From Thermoanaerobaculia bacterium (lineage in GTDB: Bacteria; Acidobacteriota; Thermoanaerobaculia; Multivoradales; Multivoraceae), in contig OY762911.1 in assembly GCA_963666565.1 (NCBI GenBank), forward strand, positions 1,472,001 through 1,536,000: a DNA stretch of 64,000 nucleotides, in the 5' to 3' direction. This document shows, one piece after another, positions 37,423 to 46,731 of the stretch. The notes beneath the pieces are model-generated. The model was not told the origin of the DNA and did not search any database. It saw nothing but the letters and a program-made list of their open reading frames with translations. A program made the position numbers and the translations under genes. How positions within the stretch are numbered: the first letter of the stretch is position 1; each line of letters opens with the position of its first letter.

Positions 37423-38472
37423 ATGACCCTCGACTCGACGAATGGCGGCGCCTCGTCGGCCGCGGTGACCGACCTCCTCGGCCGGCCGTTGCGCGACCTG
37501 CGCATCTCCGTCATCGACCGTTGCAACTTCCGCTGCACGTTCTGCATGCCGGCCGACCGGGAGTACAGGTTCCTGCCGAGGCAGCAGTTGATGACGTTCG
37601 AGGAGATCGAGCGGCTGGTGCGGCTGTTCGTTCAACTCGGCGTGCGCAAGCTGCGGCTGACCGGCGGCGAGCCCCTCCTGCGGCGGGACATCGAGGATCT
37701 GGTCCGGCGTCTGGCCGCCGTTCCCGGAGTCGAGGACCTCGCCCTGACCACGAACGGCGCCCTGCTGGCGAAGAAAGCCCGCGCGCTTGCCGAGGCCGGC
37801 CTCGACCGGGTGACCGTCAGCGTCGAGTCGCTGCACGACGACGTCTTCGGCCGCGTGACCGGCCTCGGCCACGGCGTCGGCCAGGTGCTGGAGGGCATCG
37901 ACGCCGCGGCGGAAGCCGGCCTCGGCCCGATCAAGATCAACACGGTCGTCATGAAGGGAACGAACGAGGACGAGGTCGCCGACATCGCCGGCTACTTCAA
38001 GGAACGCGGCCACATCGTCCGCTTCATCGAGTTCATGGACGTCGGCACGGTGAACGACTGGAGCCTCGAGCAGGTCGTGACCGCCTCCGGGATCGCCGAC
38101 CGCATCGCCGAGCGCTGGGCCTTCGAGCCGGTCGACCGCGCCCAGCCCAGCGACGTCGCCGAGCGCTTCCGCTACCTCGACGACGGCGTCGAGTTCGGCG
38201 TCATCCCTTCCATCAGCCGCCCCTTCTGCGGGGACTGCGCCAGGGCCCGCCTCTCCTCCGACGGCCGCCTCTACACCTGCCTCTTCGCCGACACCGGCCC
38301 CTCGCTGCGCGACCGCCTCCGCGCCGGCGCCACGGACGACGACCTGCTCGCCTTCCTCGCCGCCCACTGGCGCCAGCGCGAAGACCGCTACTCCGAAGTC
38401 CGCGCCGAACGCCTCCGCGCCGGCCTGCAGCCGGCCGCGGAACGCGTCGAGATGTTCCGCATCGGCGGCTGA
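37423..38472 (+). CDS. moaA: GTP 3',8-cyclase (molybdenum cofactor biosynthesis)
   Basis: LRISVIDRCNFRCTFC, LTGGEPLLR, FCGDCARAR...YTCLF, C-terminal IGG. Confidence 0.95.
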   Translation: MTLDSTNGGASSAAVTDLLGRPLRDLRISVIDRCNFRCTFCMPADREYRFLPRQQLMTFEEIERLVRLFVQLGVRKLRLTGGEPLLRRDIEDLVRRLAAVPGVEDLALTTNGALLAKKARALAEAGLDRVTVSVESLHDDVFGRVTGLGHGVGQVLEGIDAAAEAGLGPIKINTVVMKGTNEDEVADIAGYFKERGHIVRFIEFMDVGTVNDWSLEQVVTASGIADRIAERWAFEPVDRAQPSDVAERFRYLDDGVEFGVIPSISRPFCGDCARARLSSDGRLYTCLFADTGPSLRDRLRAGATDDDLLAFLAAHWRQREDRYSEVRAERLRAGLQPAAERVEMFRIGG

Positions 38473-38517
38473 GACGCCCCGCGGCGCGGCCGCCCGGGGT
38501 GTGGCGACGTCGTCCGT

Positions 38518-38705
38518 GCACCAGCCCGCGGCGGGGCCGGGGGGAGGGGCGCCAGGGGCCGCTCGCCCTCTCGGAGAGGATGGGGAGGGTGGGCTCGCTG
38601 TTGTCGGCTGCGCTCCGGTTCGACGTCGGTTGCCGGAACGGTGTAGGCAGTCGCTGGCCTCCGACCCCCTGGCGCCCCTCCCCCCGGCCCGCAGCGGGCT
38701 GGACG
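38518..38705 (-). repeat. 188-nt long-hairpin repeat element, copy B
   Basis: Reverse-complement match to 14758-14945, for example shared GGAGAGGATGGGGAG and GGCTCGCTGTTGTCGGCTGC. Confidence 0.88.
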
Positions 38706-38710
38706 CCGTT

Positions 38711-38750
38711 GGGTGCGCGGGTCTTCTGACCCGCCGCCGCCGAAGGCGGC
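38711..38750 (+). repeat. REP-like hairpin plus GCCGCC-GAA-GGCGGC hairpin
   Basis: GGGTGCGCGGGTCTTCTGACCCGC; same position relative to the long element as at copy A. Confidence 0.88.
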
Positions 38751-38887
38751 GAACAGACGCCGCCGGCCGAAGAGACGGCGACCTCCCGGAATGTCAGGAC
38801 GGTGTGATGGCCGCTGGGGAGCAGCCCTGCCTGTGTGACCGTGCGCTGACCGGTCGGTGATTTCGCCGGAAAGGGCTCGTTCACGCG

Positions 38888-38917
38888 TTGACCGTCGGTG
38901 GACGCGGCCGGTACGCT
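38888..38917 (+). promoter_or_regulatory. Sigma70-like promoter of a probably leaderless mRNA
   Basis: TTGACC-N18-TACGCT, 7 nt upstream of the ATG at 38925. Confidence 0.55.
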
Positions 38918-38924
38918 GTCGGCG

Positions 38925-39125
38925 ATGACGACGGTCGAGCAGGCTGCGGAACGCGATCAGCGGCTTTCGGGACGCGACGAACCCGCTACTCGCGGCGACC
39001 TCTCCCTTTTGGCCGCCGAGATTCGCGCCGAGATCGCGGCCCTGGAATCTCGCCTCCTGTGGCGTCTTCTCGGCGGCGGTGGCGCCCTGCTGCTCCTTTC
39101 CCGTCTCGCCGACTTCCTTACCTGA
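38925..39125 (+). CDS. Small coiled-coil protein with C-terminal membrane anchor (DUF1640-like)
   Basis: ATRGDL...EIRAEIAALESRLLWRLL plus hydrophobic tail; own promoter. Confidence 0.65.
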   Translation: MTTVEQAAERDQRLSGRDEPATRGDLSLLAAEIRAEIAALESRLLWRLLGGGGALLLLSRLADFLT

Positions 39126-39363
39126 CGTCGGCGTTCGCCACGACCTTCAACTCCAGACCGCTCTCCTGGAGAACGCGGTCCAGTATCCCCTCCTCGCGGC
39201 AGCCCTCGAAGAAGATCGCCAGGGCCTCATGCAGCATGGCCATGGCTTCCTCGACCGTGGAGCCCTGGCTCGCTACATGAAGCCCCGGACACGAGGCTAT
39301 CCAGGCGTCCCGCTCGCGGTGGACTTCTGCAGGAACTTCGGTACCGGGGACTGTGCGGATCAC
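39118..39363 (-). CDS. HicB-family antitoxin (orphan)
   Basis: WIASCPGLHVASQGSTVEEAMAMLHEALAIFFE; GGAGG before GTG at 39363. Confidence 0.8.
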   Translation of the reverse strand: MIRTVPGTEVPAEVHRERDAWIASCPGLHVASQGSTVEEAMAMLHEALAIFFEGCREEGILDRVLQESGLELKVVANADVR

Positions 39364-39440
39364 TTGAACCTCCAAAGGCTGGAGTGCAACGTAGCACGGC
39401 CAGCCGTGAGGTCCGGCGACCTCATTCCAATGCCCGACGA

Positions 39441-39628
39441 CGTCCAACCTGAAGCGGGTCCGGGGAAGGGTCCCAGCGGGCTGGAGGCCAGCGACTGCCC
39501 TTGTCCCCTCATCGACCAACTTCGTCTCGGAGCGCAGCCGACCGAAGCGAGGGCCAAGTCTCCTCATCCACCTGGAAGGCGCGAGCGTCCGTCTGGGACC
39601 CTCCCCCGGACCCGCTTCAGGCGGGTGC
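39441..39628 (+). repeat. 188-nt long-hairpin repeat element, copy C
   Basis: Ends CGTCCA...GGGTGC; arms CCTGAAGCGGGTCCGGGGAAGGGTCCCAG / CTGGGACCCTCCCCCGGACCCGCTTCAGG; core CGGAGCGCAGCCGAC. Confidence 0.85.
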
Positions 39629-39723
39629 TACTGCCGTCGCATCCGACCGTGAACGCTCCGCTTACGACGCGGTTCCGGTACAGTGACGCGCATGTGCACG
39701 GTCGCGAAACGGGAGCCGCGGCG

Positions 39724-40767
39724 GTGAGCACCCGGCCCCTGCTGGCGGCGGCCGAGGGTGAGCGGGACCGCAAGGCGGAGCACATCCGGCTGGCGCTTGA
39801 CCGGCGGATGCAGGTGGAGCGCAGCTACTTCGACGACTACCGCTTCGAGCACCGGGCACTGCCCGAGATCGACTTCGAGGACGTGCGGATCGGCGCCGAG
39901 TTTCTGGGCCGCGCGCTCCGCGCGCCGCTGCTCATCTCGTGCATGACCGGCGGCACCGGGGTTGCGGAGCGGATCAACCGGCGCCTCGCCGAGGCGGCGG
40001 AGGCGGAGCGGGTCGTGCTGGGGATCGGTTCGCAGCGCAAGGCGATCGACGATCCGGAGACGGCGGCGACGTTCCGCGTCCGGGAATTCGCGCCCAGCGT
40101 GCCGATCCTGGCCAACCTGGGCGCGGTGCAACTGAACTACGGCTACGGCATCGACGAGTGCCGCCGCGCGGTCGACATGGTCGAGGCCGACGCCCTGGCG
40201 CTGCACCTGAACGCGCTGCAGGAGGCGCTCCAGCCGGAAGGGCAACTCAACTTCCGCGGACTGCTGCCGAAGATCGCCCGCGTGGTCGAGGCGCTGGACG
40301 TGCCGGTCGTGGTCAAGGAGATCGGTTGCGGCATCTCGGCGGCGGTCGGCCGCGAGCTCGCCAACGTCGGCATCCGCATCCTGGACACGGCCGGCGTCGG
40401 CGGCACGAGCTGGGCTCGTATCGAGGCGGCCCGAGCCGACGAAACGGCCCTCGGCGAGCGCTTCGCCGACTGGGGGCTGCCGACGCCGGAGTCGATCCGC
40501 CAGTTGGCGGCGGTTCCCGGCGTGCAGGTGATCGGCAGCGGCGGCATCCGCTCCGGCGTCGATGCGGCGAAGGCCCTGGCGCTCGGCGCCGACATCGCCG
40601 GCATGGCGTTCCCGTTCCTCGAGGCGGCGAACGCCTCGACGGCCGCGGTGGTCGACCGGATCGCCCGCACCGCCTTCGAGCTGCGCACCTGCATGTTCTG
40701 CACCGGCGCCGCCGACCTCGCGGCGCTTCGCCGCGTGCCGCTCGCGCGGGAGGCTCGCAGTGGCTGA
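39724..40767 (+). CDS. fni: Type 2 isopentenyl-diphosphate delta-isomerase
   Basis: RKAEHI, SCMTGG, GSQR, HLNALQE, VKEIGCG, GGTSW, SGGIRSG. Confidence 0.95.
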   Translation: MSTRPLLAAAEGERDRKAEHIRLALDRRMQVERSYFDDYRFEHRALPEIDFEDVRIGAEFLGRALRAPLLISCMTGGTGVAERINRRLAEAAEAERVVLGIGSQRKAIDDPETAATFRVREFAPSVPILANLGAVQLNYGYGIDECRRAVDMVEADALALHLNALQEALQPEGQLNFRGLLPKIARVVEALDVPVVVKEIGCGISAAVGRELANVGIRILDTAGVGGTSWARIEAARADETALGERFADWGLPTPESIRQLAAVPGVQVIGSGGIRSGVDAAKALALGADIAGMAFPFLEAANASTAAVVDRIARTAFELRTCMFCTGAADLAALRRVPLAREARSG

Positions 40768-40841
40768 GCGGCTCTCCAGGCTGCCCGGAGGTTCACGTCT
40801 CGAGAGTCGGCGTGCCAGCTCGCCGGCGCGGGAGGCCGTCC

Positions 40842-42119
40842 ATGTCTGATCGGTCGGTTGCCGGTCCTGAACTGGCCCCCGAGCTCGAGGCGGCGGCGGC
40901 CGAGATCGCCGGCTCGGAGCGCGGTTTCCACCGGCCGCCGCCGGGGCTCGACGCGGCGGGGAAGGCCGCGGTCCGCCGTCGTGCCCTGGACCTTGCGAGC
41001 GGCAGCGGACCGCTCACGACCATCGGCAGCTACGCCCTGGACGGCGAACGCGCGTCCACCCAGAACTGCGAGAACTTCATCGGCGCTGCCCAGGTGCCGA
41101 TGGGCGTCGCCGGGCCGGTTCGCGTCCGCGGGAGTGAGATCGACGGCACCGTCTGTGTGCCGATGGCGACCACAGAGGGGGCGCTGCTTGCCAGCGTGAA
41201 CCGCGGCTGCCGCGCGATCACGGCGGCGGGCGGCGCGACCGTCTTCGTCGAGGACGTGGGCATGACCCGGGCGCCGGTCTTTCGCACCACGGGAATTGAG
41301 GACACGAGGCGGCTGCTCAAGTGGCTGGAAGAGAACGAGGAGACGATCCGCGCCAAGGCTCACGAAACGAGTCGCTTCCTGGAACTTCGGGACATTCGAC
41401 CATCGGTGGTCGGAAGCACCGTGTTCCTTCGGTTCCGCTTCGCCACCGGCGACGCGATGGGCATGAACATGGTCACGATCGCCTGCGACCGCGTTGTGTC
41501 CGAGTTGATCGAGCCGGAGACCGGCGCCCAGTGCGTGGCGCTGTCGGGGAACTACTGCGTCGACAAGAAACCCTCCGCGGTCAACTACCAGCTCGGTCGC
41601 GGCAAGCGGATTCACGCAGAGGTGGTGCTGGACGAGACGACCGTGCGCAAGGTCCTCAAGTCGGAAGCGAACGCACTCCAGGACGTGGCCTACCGCAAGA
41701 ACCTGCTGGGCTCCGTCGCGGCCGGCGCGCTCGCCTTCAACGCCCAGTTCGCGAACGTGCTGGCGGCGGTCTTCGTCGCCTGCGGCCAGGATCTCGCCCA
41801 CGTCGTCGAGGGCGCGATGGGCGTCGCCTCGTTCGAGGCGCGCGACGACGGCTCGGTTTACGCGTCCGTCTACATGCCGGATTGTCCGCTGGCCGCGGTC
41901 GGCGGCGGCACGGGTCTGGACACCCAGCGCGAGGCGCTCGAAGTCATGGGCGTGCGGCCCGACGCGGAGCGGCCCGGCGCGGCGGTGCGCCGGCTGGCCG
42001 AGATCGTCGGCGCCGTCGTCCTGGCAGGCGAACTCTCCCTGACCGCGGCGTTCACGTCGCGCGACCTGGCGCGGGCCCACGAGCGGCTGGGCCGCTCCAG
42101 CGCCGCGAGCGCGGGTTGA
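40842..42119 (+). CDS. hmgA: HMG-CoA reductase, class I (archaeal/eukaryotic type)
   Basis: CENFIG, PMATTEGAL, GDAMGMNM, cis-loop GNYCVDKKP, GQDLAH, GELSL...AHERL. Confidence 0.95.
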   Translation: MSDRSVAGPELAPELEAAAAEIAGSERGFHRPPPGLDAAGKAAVRRRALDLASGSGPLTTIGSYALDGERASTQNCENFIGAAQVPMGVAGPVRVRGSEIDGTVCVPMATTEGALLASVNRGCRAITAAGGATVFVEDVGMTRAPVFRTTGIEDTRRLLKWLEENEETIRAKAHETSRFLELRDIRPSVVGSTVFLRFRFATGDAMGMNMVTIACDRVVSELIEPETGAQCVALSGNYCVDKKPSAVNYQLGRGKRIHAEVVLDETTVRKVLKSEANALQDVAYRKNLLGSVAAGALAFNAQFANVLAAVFVACGQDLAHVVEGAMGVASFEARDDGSVYASVYMPDCPLAAVGGGTGLDTQREALEVMGVRPDAERPGAAVRRLAEIVGAVVLAGELSLTAAFTSRDLARAHERLGRSSAASAG

Positions 42120-42125
42120 ACCACC

Positions 42126-42689
42126 ATGTATGAAACCAGGGCGCTCGACGAGACGACCTGGCCGGAGTTCGCGCACCTCGTCGAGGCTAACAACGGTGTC
42201 TGGGGCGGGTGCTGGTGCCTTTGGTATCACGGGAAGGAAGTCAGCGAGAACAGAACGCTCGCTCAGAAGCGCAAGGCGAAGGAACGCCTCGTTCGTGAAG
42301 GCCGGGCGCATGCCTCGCTTGTCTTCGAGGGCGAGGACTGCGTGGGCTGGTGTCAGTTTGGATCGCCGGAAGAGCTTCCGCGGATCCACAATCAGCGCGC
42401 CTATCGGAAGACCGATCCGGTCTTGCCCGACTGGCGGATCACCTGCTTCTTCTCCGGCAAGGGACATCGCGGCAACGGAGTCGCTTCAGTCGCGTTGAAA
42501 GGCGCCATCGAGCAAATCAGGACGCTAGGCGGCGGGCGCGTTGAGGCGTACCCGGAGAACACAGAAGGCAGAAAAGCCTCGCCGGCATTCCTCTTCAACG
42601 GTTCGCTGTCCATGTTCGAACGGAGCGGTTTCAAGCGATCGCAGCAGATCGGGAAGCACAAGTGGGTCGTGACGCGAACGATCAGGTAA
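42126..42689 (+). CDS. GNAT-family acetyltransferase-like protein
   Basis: WGGCWC, CVGWCQF, ITCFF...HRGNGVA, VEAYP, MFERSGF. Confidence 0.85.
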   Translation: MYETRALDETTWPEFAHLVEANNGVWGGCWCLWYHGKEVSENRTLAQKRKAKERLVREGRAHASLVFEGEDCVGWCQFGSPEELPRIHNQRAYRKTDPVLPDWRITCFFSGKGHRGNGVASVALKGAIEQIRTLGGGRVEAYPENTEGRKASPAFLFNGSLSMFERSGFKRSQQIGKHKWVVTRTIR

Positions 42690-42730
42690 CGCCGGGGAGC
42701 TCAGTACAGAAGAGGATTGGCGCCGACCTC

Positions 42731-43873
42731 ATGTCGAAGTTCAATCCAGGCGGAAGAGGAGAGGCGGAGGCGTCGGTGGTGCGGTTGAGCGTGCCCGGCA
42801 AGGTGATCCTGATGGGGGAGCACGCGGCGGTGTATGGCCGGCCGGCTGTGGTGGCGGCCGTGGACCTGCGCCTTGCCGTCGAGGCTCGTAGCGATCCGGC
42901 AGGTGTCGGCCGGATTCGCCTGGACCTGCCTGACCTCGGTCTTCAGGAGGAGCACTCGTGGCCGGCGCTTGAGGACTTCACGAACCGCGCCCGCCGTCGA
43001 TGGAACAGGTTCGAGGCGGGCGACGTGCCGTTCAGGCCGGCGGACGACCGGAGTGCCCTGGTCCGGATCGCGGTCGGTGAAGCGGCGGCGTCTTTGCCAC
43101 CGGCGGTTTCGGAACGGCTGCGACGACGGGGGTTGGAGTTGCGGTTGCGGTCCCAGCTTCCGGTCGGGGCCGGCCTTGGTAGCTCGGCTGCGGCTGCTGT
43201 CGGAGTGGTTGCTGGCGTCCGAGCACTGGCGGGGAGACGGGTTCGCTCACCCGACGAACTGGCTGCGATCGAGGCGGCGGCGCTCGGGGTCGAGCGGCGG
43301 CAGCACGGTTTCCCGTCGGGGATCGACAGTGGAACGGTGCTGCGTGGCGGCGTTCTGCTCGTTCGCCGTGAAGGGGACGAGTTGCGATTCGAGGACCTGC
43401 CGAGGCCGGAGTGGCTTCCGGGCGAGGTCGCGATCCTGGACAGCGGGACGCCTGACCAGACCACGGGCACGGTGGTCACGGCGGTGCGACGGCGCTATGA
43501 GGAAGAGCCAGAGCGGACGATCGCCGTGTTCGACCGCATCGGGGCGGCGGTCGAGTCCTTTCGCGCGGCGCTTGGGGACGGCGGGCCGCGGGACGCGGCG
43601 GCAGCCATCGCCGACGGTCATCGCGCCCTGGTCGAACTCGGCGTGGTGCCGCCGCCGGTCGCTCGCCGGATTGCGTCGGTGGAAGCTGCCGGGGGCGCGG
43701 CGAAGATCTCCGGGGCCGGGGCTCTTGAAGGCGAGTCGGCCGGCGCCCTGGTCTGCATGCTCGGCGGCCGGTCAGTCGAGACGATCGATGGAATCCCGGA
43801 CCTCGAGCCGGTGAACGCGGCGATCGGTGCCGACGGCCTGAGGTTCGAGAGTCCCATCGCCGATCGACTGTAG
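42731..43873 (+). CDS. mvk: Mevalonate kinase
   Basis: PGKVILMGEHAAVYG, LPVGAGLGSSAA, HGFPSGID, AKISGAG. Confidence 0.9.
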   Translation: MSKFNPGGRGEAEASVVRLSVPGKVILMGEHAAVYGRPAVVAAVDLRLAVEARSDPAGVGRIRLDLPDLGLQEEHSWPALEDFTNRARRRWNRFEAGDVPFRPADDRSALVRIAVGEAAASLPPAVSERLRRRGLELRLRSQLPVGAGLGSSAAAAVGVVAGVRALAGRRVRSPDELAAIEAAALGVERRQHGFPSGIDSGTVLRGGVLLVRREGDELRFEDLPRPEWLPGEVAILDSGTPDQTTGTVVTAVRRRYEEEPERTIAVFDRIGAAVESFRAALGDGGPRDAAAAIADGHRALVELGVVPPPVARRIASVEAAGGAAKISGAGALEGESAGALVCMLGGRSVETIDGIPDLEPVNAAIGADGLRFESPIADRL

Positions 43874-43885
43874 GCTTCGGGAGAG

Positions 43886-44938
43886 ATGAACTCCGCGTTG
43901 GAACCGGCCCATGAGCCTGGGCCCGTGACTGCTGAGGCGCCTTCGAACATCGCTTTCATCAAGTACTGGGGCGCCCGGGATCTCAAGGGTCCGGTTCCCT
44001 TCAACCGCTCGCTGTCGATGACCCTGGATGCCTGCCGGTCGATCTGCTCGGCGTCTCCCCTGGCCAACGGACGGGACGACGAGATCGTCTGGCTGGAAGA
44101 GCCGTCTGCCGGTCGAACCGAGGCCGCCGCGGAAGCGCCGCCGGCCTTCGTCGAGCGGACGCGGCGGCACCTGGACCGGCTTCGCGAGTGGTCGCGGCAG
44201 ACGACGGCGCCTTACGCGGGCGGGTTCCGGATCGCGACCGGCAACACTTTCCCGGCGGCGGCCGGGATCGCCTCATCCGCTTCGGGCTTCACCGCCCTGA
44301 CCCTCGCCGTGACGGCCGCCATGGGCTTCGACCTGCCGCCACCGACTCTGTCCGCCCTGTCGCGGAGCAGCGGCTCGGGCTCGGCCGCCCGCTCGGCCTA
44401 CGGCGGCTACGTGGAGTGGCCCGGCGGGAACGGCAACAGCGCGGTCCAGGTCCTCGGCGAGGACGCCTGGCGGCTCTGCGACGTGGTCGCCGTGGTCGAG
44501 ACCGGCGCCAAGAAGGTCTCGTCGCGGGACGGGCACCGGCTTGCCACGAGCAGTCCGTACTTCGCGCCGCGCCTGGCCGCGCTCGAAGGGCGGCTGGACC
44601 AGGTTCGGGCCGCCCTCGAACGGCGCGACTTCGAGGCCCTCGGCCAGGCGGTCGAGGAGGAAGGGATCGATCTCCACCTGATTGCGATGTCGTCCCGGCC
44701 TCCGGTGTACTACTGGTCGCCGGGGACGATCGAGGTGCTGGCGGCGGTCCGCGACCTGCGGGCGGACGGCGTCGCCGCCTACGCGACGATGGATGCCGGC
44801 GCCAACGCCCACGTCATCTGCCAGCCCGGCGACGAACAGCGCGTGGCGGAACGGCTCGGCGCCCTCGGCGCCGTCGAGCGCGTGCTGCGGGACCGCACCG
44901 GCGGGCCGCCCGTCTGGCGGAGCGGAGCCGAGCTTTGA
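43886..44938 (+). CDS. mvaD: (Di)phosphomevalonate decarboxylase; probably mevalonate-5-phosphate decarboxylase
   Basis: APSNIAFIKYWG, SLSMTL, GIASSASG, SGSAARS, TMDAGAN. Confidence 0.9.
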   Translation: MNSALEPAHEPGPVTAEAPSNIAFIKYWGARDLKGPVPFNRSLSMTLDACRSICSASPLANGRDDEIVWLEEPSAGRTEAAAEAPPAFVERTRRHLDRLREWSRQTTAPYAGGFRIATGNTFPAAAGIASSASGFTALTLAVTAAMGFDLPPPTLSALSRSSGSGSAARSAYGGYVEWPGGNGNSAVQVLGEDAWRLCDVVAVVETGAKKVSSRDGHRLATSSPYFAPRLAALEGRLDQVRAALERRDFEALGQAVEEEGIDLHLIAMSSRPPVYYWSPGTIEVLAAVRDLRADGVAAYATMDAGANAHVICQPGDEQRVAERLGALGAVERVLRDRTGGPPVWRSGAEL

Positions 44939-45900
44939 GTGCGGCCGCCGCCGCGATGTCTGGCGGCGCGTCCTCGCGCCAGCGCCCTGGTCCGAGCGCC
45001 CGTCCTCGGGCGGTCGGGCGTCGCGCCGCCGGCGACCGGCCAGCCGTCACGCTGCTCAAGCTCGGCGGCAGCCTGATCACCGACAAGACGAAGCCGCGCG
45101 CGCTCGCAAAGGAACACCTGGGGCGGCTGGCGGCCGAGATCGCGGCGGGATGGTCGGGGAACGGCCTCGTCATCGGTCACGGCAGCGGTTCCTTCGGCCA
45201 CCCGGAGGCGCAGGCGGCCGGCCTCGCCGGGGGCGCGGGAGGCCGCCGGCTCGACCCGGAAGCCGCCGCGATGGGCATCGCGCGCACGCAATCCGCTGCC
45301 TTCGAGCTCCACCGGCTGGTCGTCGGAAGCCTGGTCGAGGCGGGCGTGCCCGCCTACTCGCAGCCGCCGTCGAGCTTCCTGGTCGCCGACGACGGCGAAC
45401 CCCGGGGCGCTCCGCCCGAGCCCATGGCGGCCGCGCTGCGGCGGGGCCTCGTGCCCGTCACGATGGGCGACGTCGTGATCGACAGCGAGCGCGGCGCAGC
45501 GATCGTCTCCACCGAGACGGTGTTCGGGTTTCTGGTCGGGGCGCTGGCCGGACTGGGGATCGACGTGAAGCGGGTCGTGTGGCTGGGCGTGACCGCCGGC
45601 GTGCTGGACCGGGAGGGGCGTCCGATGCCGCGCATTGACGCCTCGAACATCGAGGCCGCGACGGCGGCGGCCGGCGGTTCCGCCGCGGTCGACGTCACCG
45701 GCGGCATGGAACACCGGCTTGCCGCCGCCTGGCGGCTGGCCCGGCGCGGCGTCGAGTCGCTGATCGCCGACGGCAGGCGGCCGGGCCTGCTCCAGTCGGT
45801 GCTCCGCCATCCGGGCGGTGAGGCCGAGGTCGCCGGTACACTCGTGAGCGCCGTCGGCCAGGCGCCTGCGCCGCAGGGCGCAGCGAAGCAGGTTCTGTGA
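44935..45900 (+). CDS. ipk: Isopentenyl phosphate kinase
   Basis: LKLGGSLITDK, HGSGSFGH, IVSTE, DVTGGM; TTGA overlap with the decarboxylase gene. Confidence 0.9.
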   Translation: MSAAAAAMSGGASSRQRPGPSARPRAVGRRAAGDRPAVTLLKLGGSLITDKTKPRALAKEHLGRLAAEIAAGWSGNGLVIGHGSGSFGHPEAQAAGLAGGAGGRRLDPEAAAMGIARTQSAAFELHRLVVGSLVEAGVPAYSQPPSSFLVADDGEPRGAPPEPMAAALRRGLVPVTMGDVVIDSERGAAIVSTETVFGFLVGALAGLGIDVKRVVWLGVTAGVLDREGRPMPRIDASNIEAATAAAGGSAAVDVTGGMEHRLAAAWRLARRGVESLIADGRRPGLLQSVLRHPGGEAEVAGTLVSAVGQAPAPQGAAKQVL

Positions 45901-46025
45901 CGCACGGTGCCGGTTGGGTGGGGGCTGGCGCCAAGCACGGACTCTGCGACGGGTTTGGCGGCTCTGGCCGACCTCCTGAGCGGCGACATCGAGACCTCCA
46001 TCCGGATCTGTCCACCGAGAGAACC

Positions 46026-46706
46026 ATGCGCGCGAGCAGCACCGTCGAGGACTACCTCAAGTGCATCTTCCTGGCTGAGCACGAGGCCAGCCTGGAGAGC
46101 GCCCAGCTCGTGCCGATGGGCCGGATCGCGGCGCGCCTCAAGGTGGCGCCGGCCTCGGTCACGGCGATGATGAAGACTCTCTCCGAGTCCGGCCTGATTG
46201 CCTATGAGCCCTACAGCGGAGTGCGTCTCCTTCCTGCCGGCCGGAAGCTGGCGACGCACGTGCTGCGGCGCCACCGCCTGGTGGAACTCTTCCTGGTGAA
46301 CGTGATGGGCTTCGACTGGAGCGAGGTCCATGCCGAAGCCGAACTGCTCGAGCATTCCGTCTCCGAACGGATGATCGAGCGGATGGACGAGATGCTCGGC
46401 CATCCGTCGGTCGATCCCCACGGCGACCCGATCCCCAGCGCCGACGGCTACATCGAGATCGTGGACCACCCGAGTCTGCTGAGGTGCCCGCTGAACTGCA
46501 CGGTCGAGGTGGTGCGCGTCACCGACCAGGACGCCGACTTCCTGCGCTTCGCCGAACGCGAGGGTCTGGCGCCAGGGAAGTGGATCGAGGTTGCGGCTCG
46601 CGACGAGACCGCGGGCAGCGTCGCCGTAGTCTCCGGCAGCCGGCAGTTCAGCCTCGGCTTCCCGGCCGCGTCCAAGGTACTCGTGCGGGAGGCGAACCAG
46701 GCCTGA
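46026..46706 (+). CDS. DtxR/MntR-family metal-dependent regulator with FeoA domain
   Basis: EDYLKCI, RRHRLVELFL, VHAEAELLEH, DPHGDPIP. Confidence 0.92.
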   Translation: MRASSTVEDYLKCIFLAEHEASLESAQLVPMGRIAARLKVAPASVTAMMKTLSESGLIAYEPYSGVRLLPAGRKLATHVLRRHRLVELFLVNVMGFDWSEVHAEAELLEHSVSERMIERMDEMLGHPSVDPHGDPIPSADGYIEIVDHPSLLRCPLNCTVEVVRVTDQDADFLRFAEREGLAPGKWIEVAARDETAGSVAVVSGSRQFSLGFPAASKVLVREANQA

Positions 46707-46731
46707 TCGCCGGCCGCAGACCTCGCTCCTT

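Noticed and set aside
39080-39135. Possible hicA remnant after hicB (reads TPTSGKEV on the minus strand)
   Set aside because: Only five residues resemble a HicA N-terminus, there is no start codon, and it is antisense to a plausible gene.
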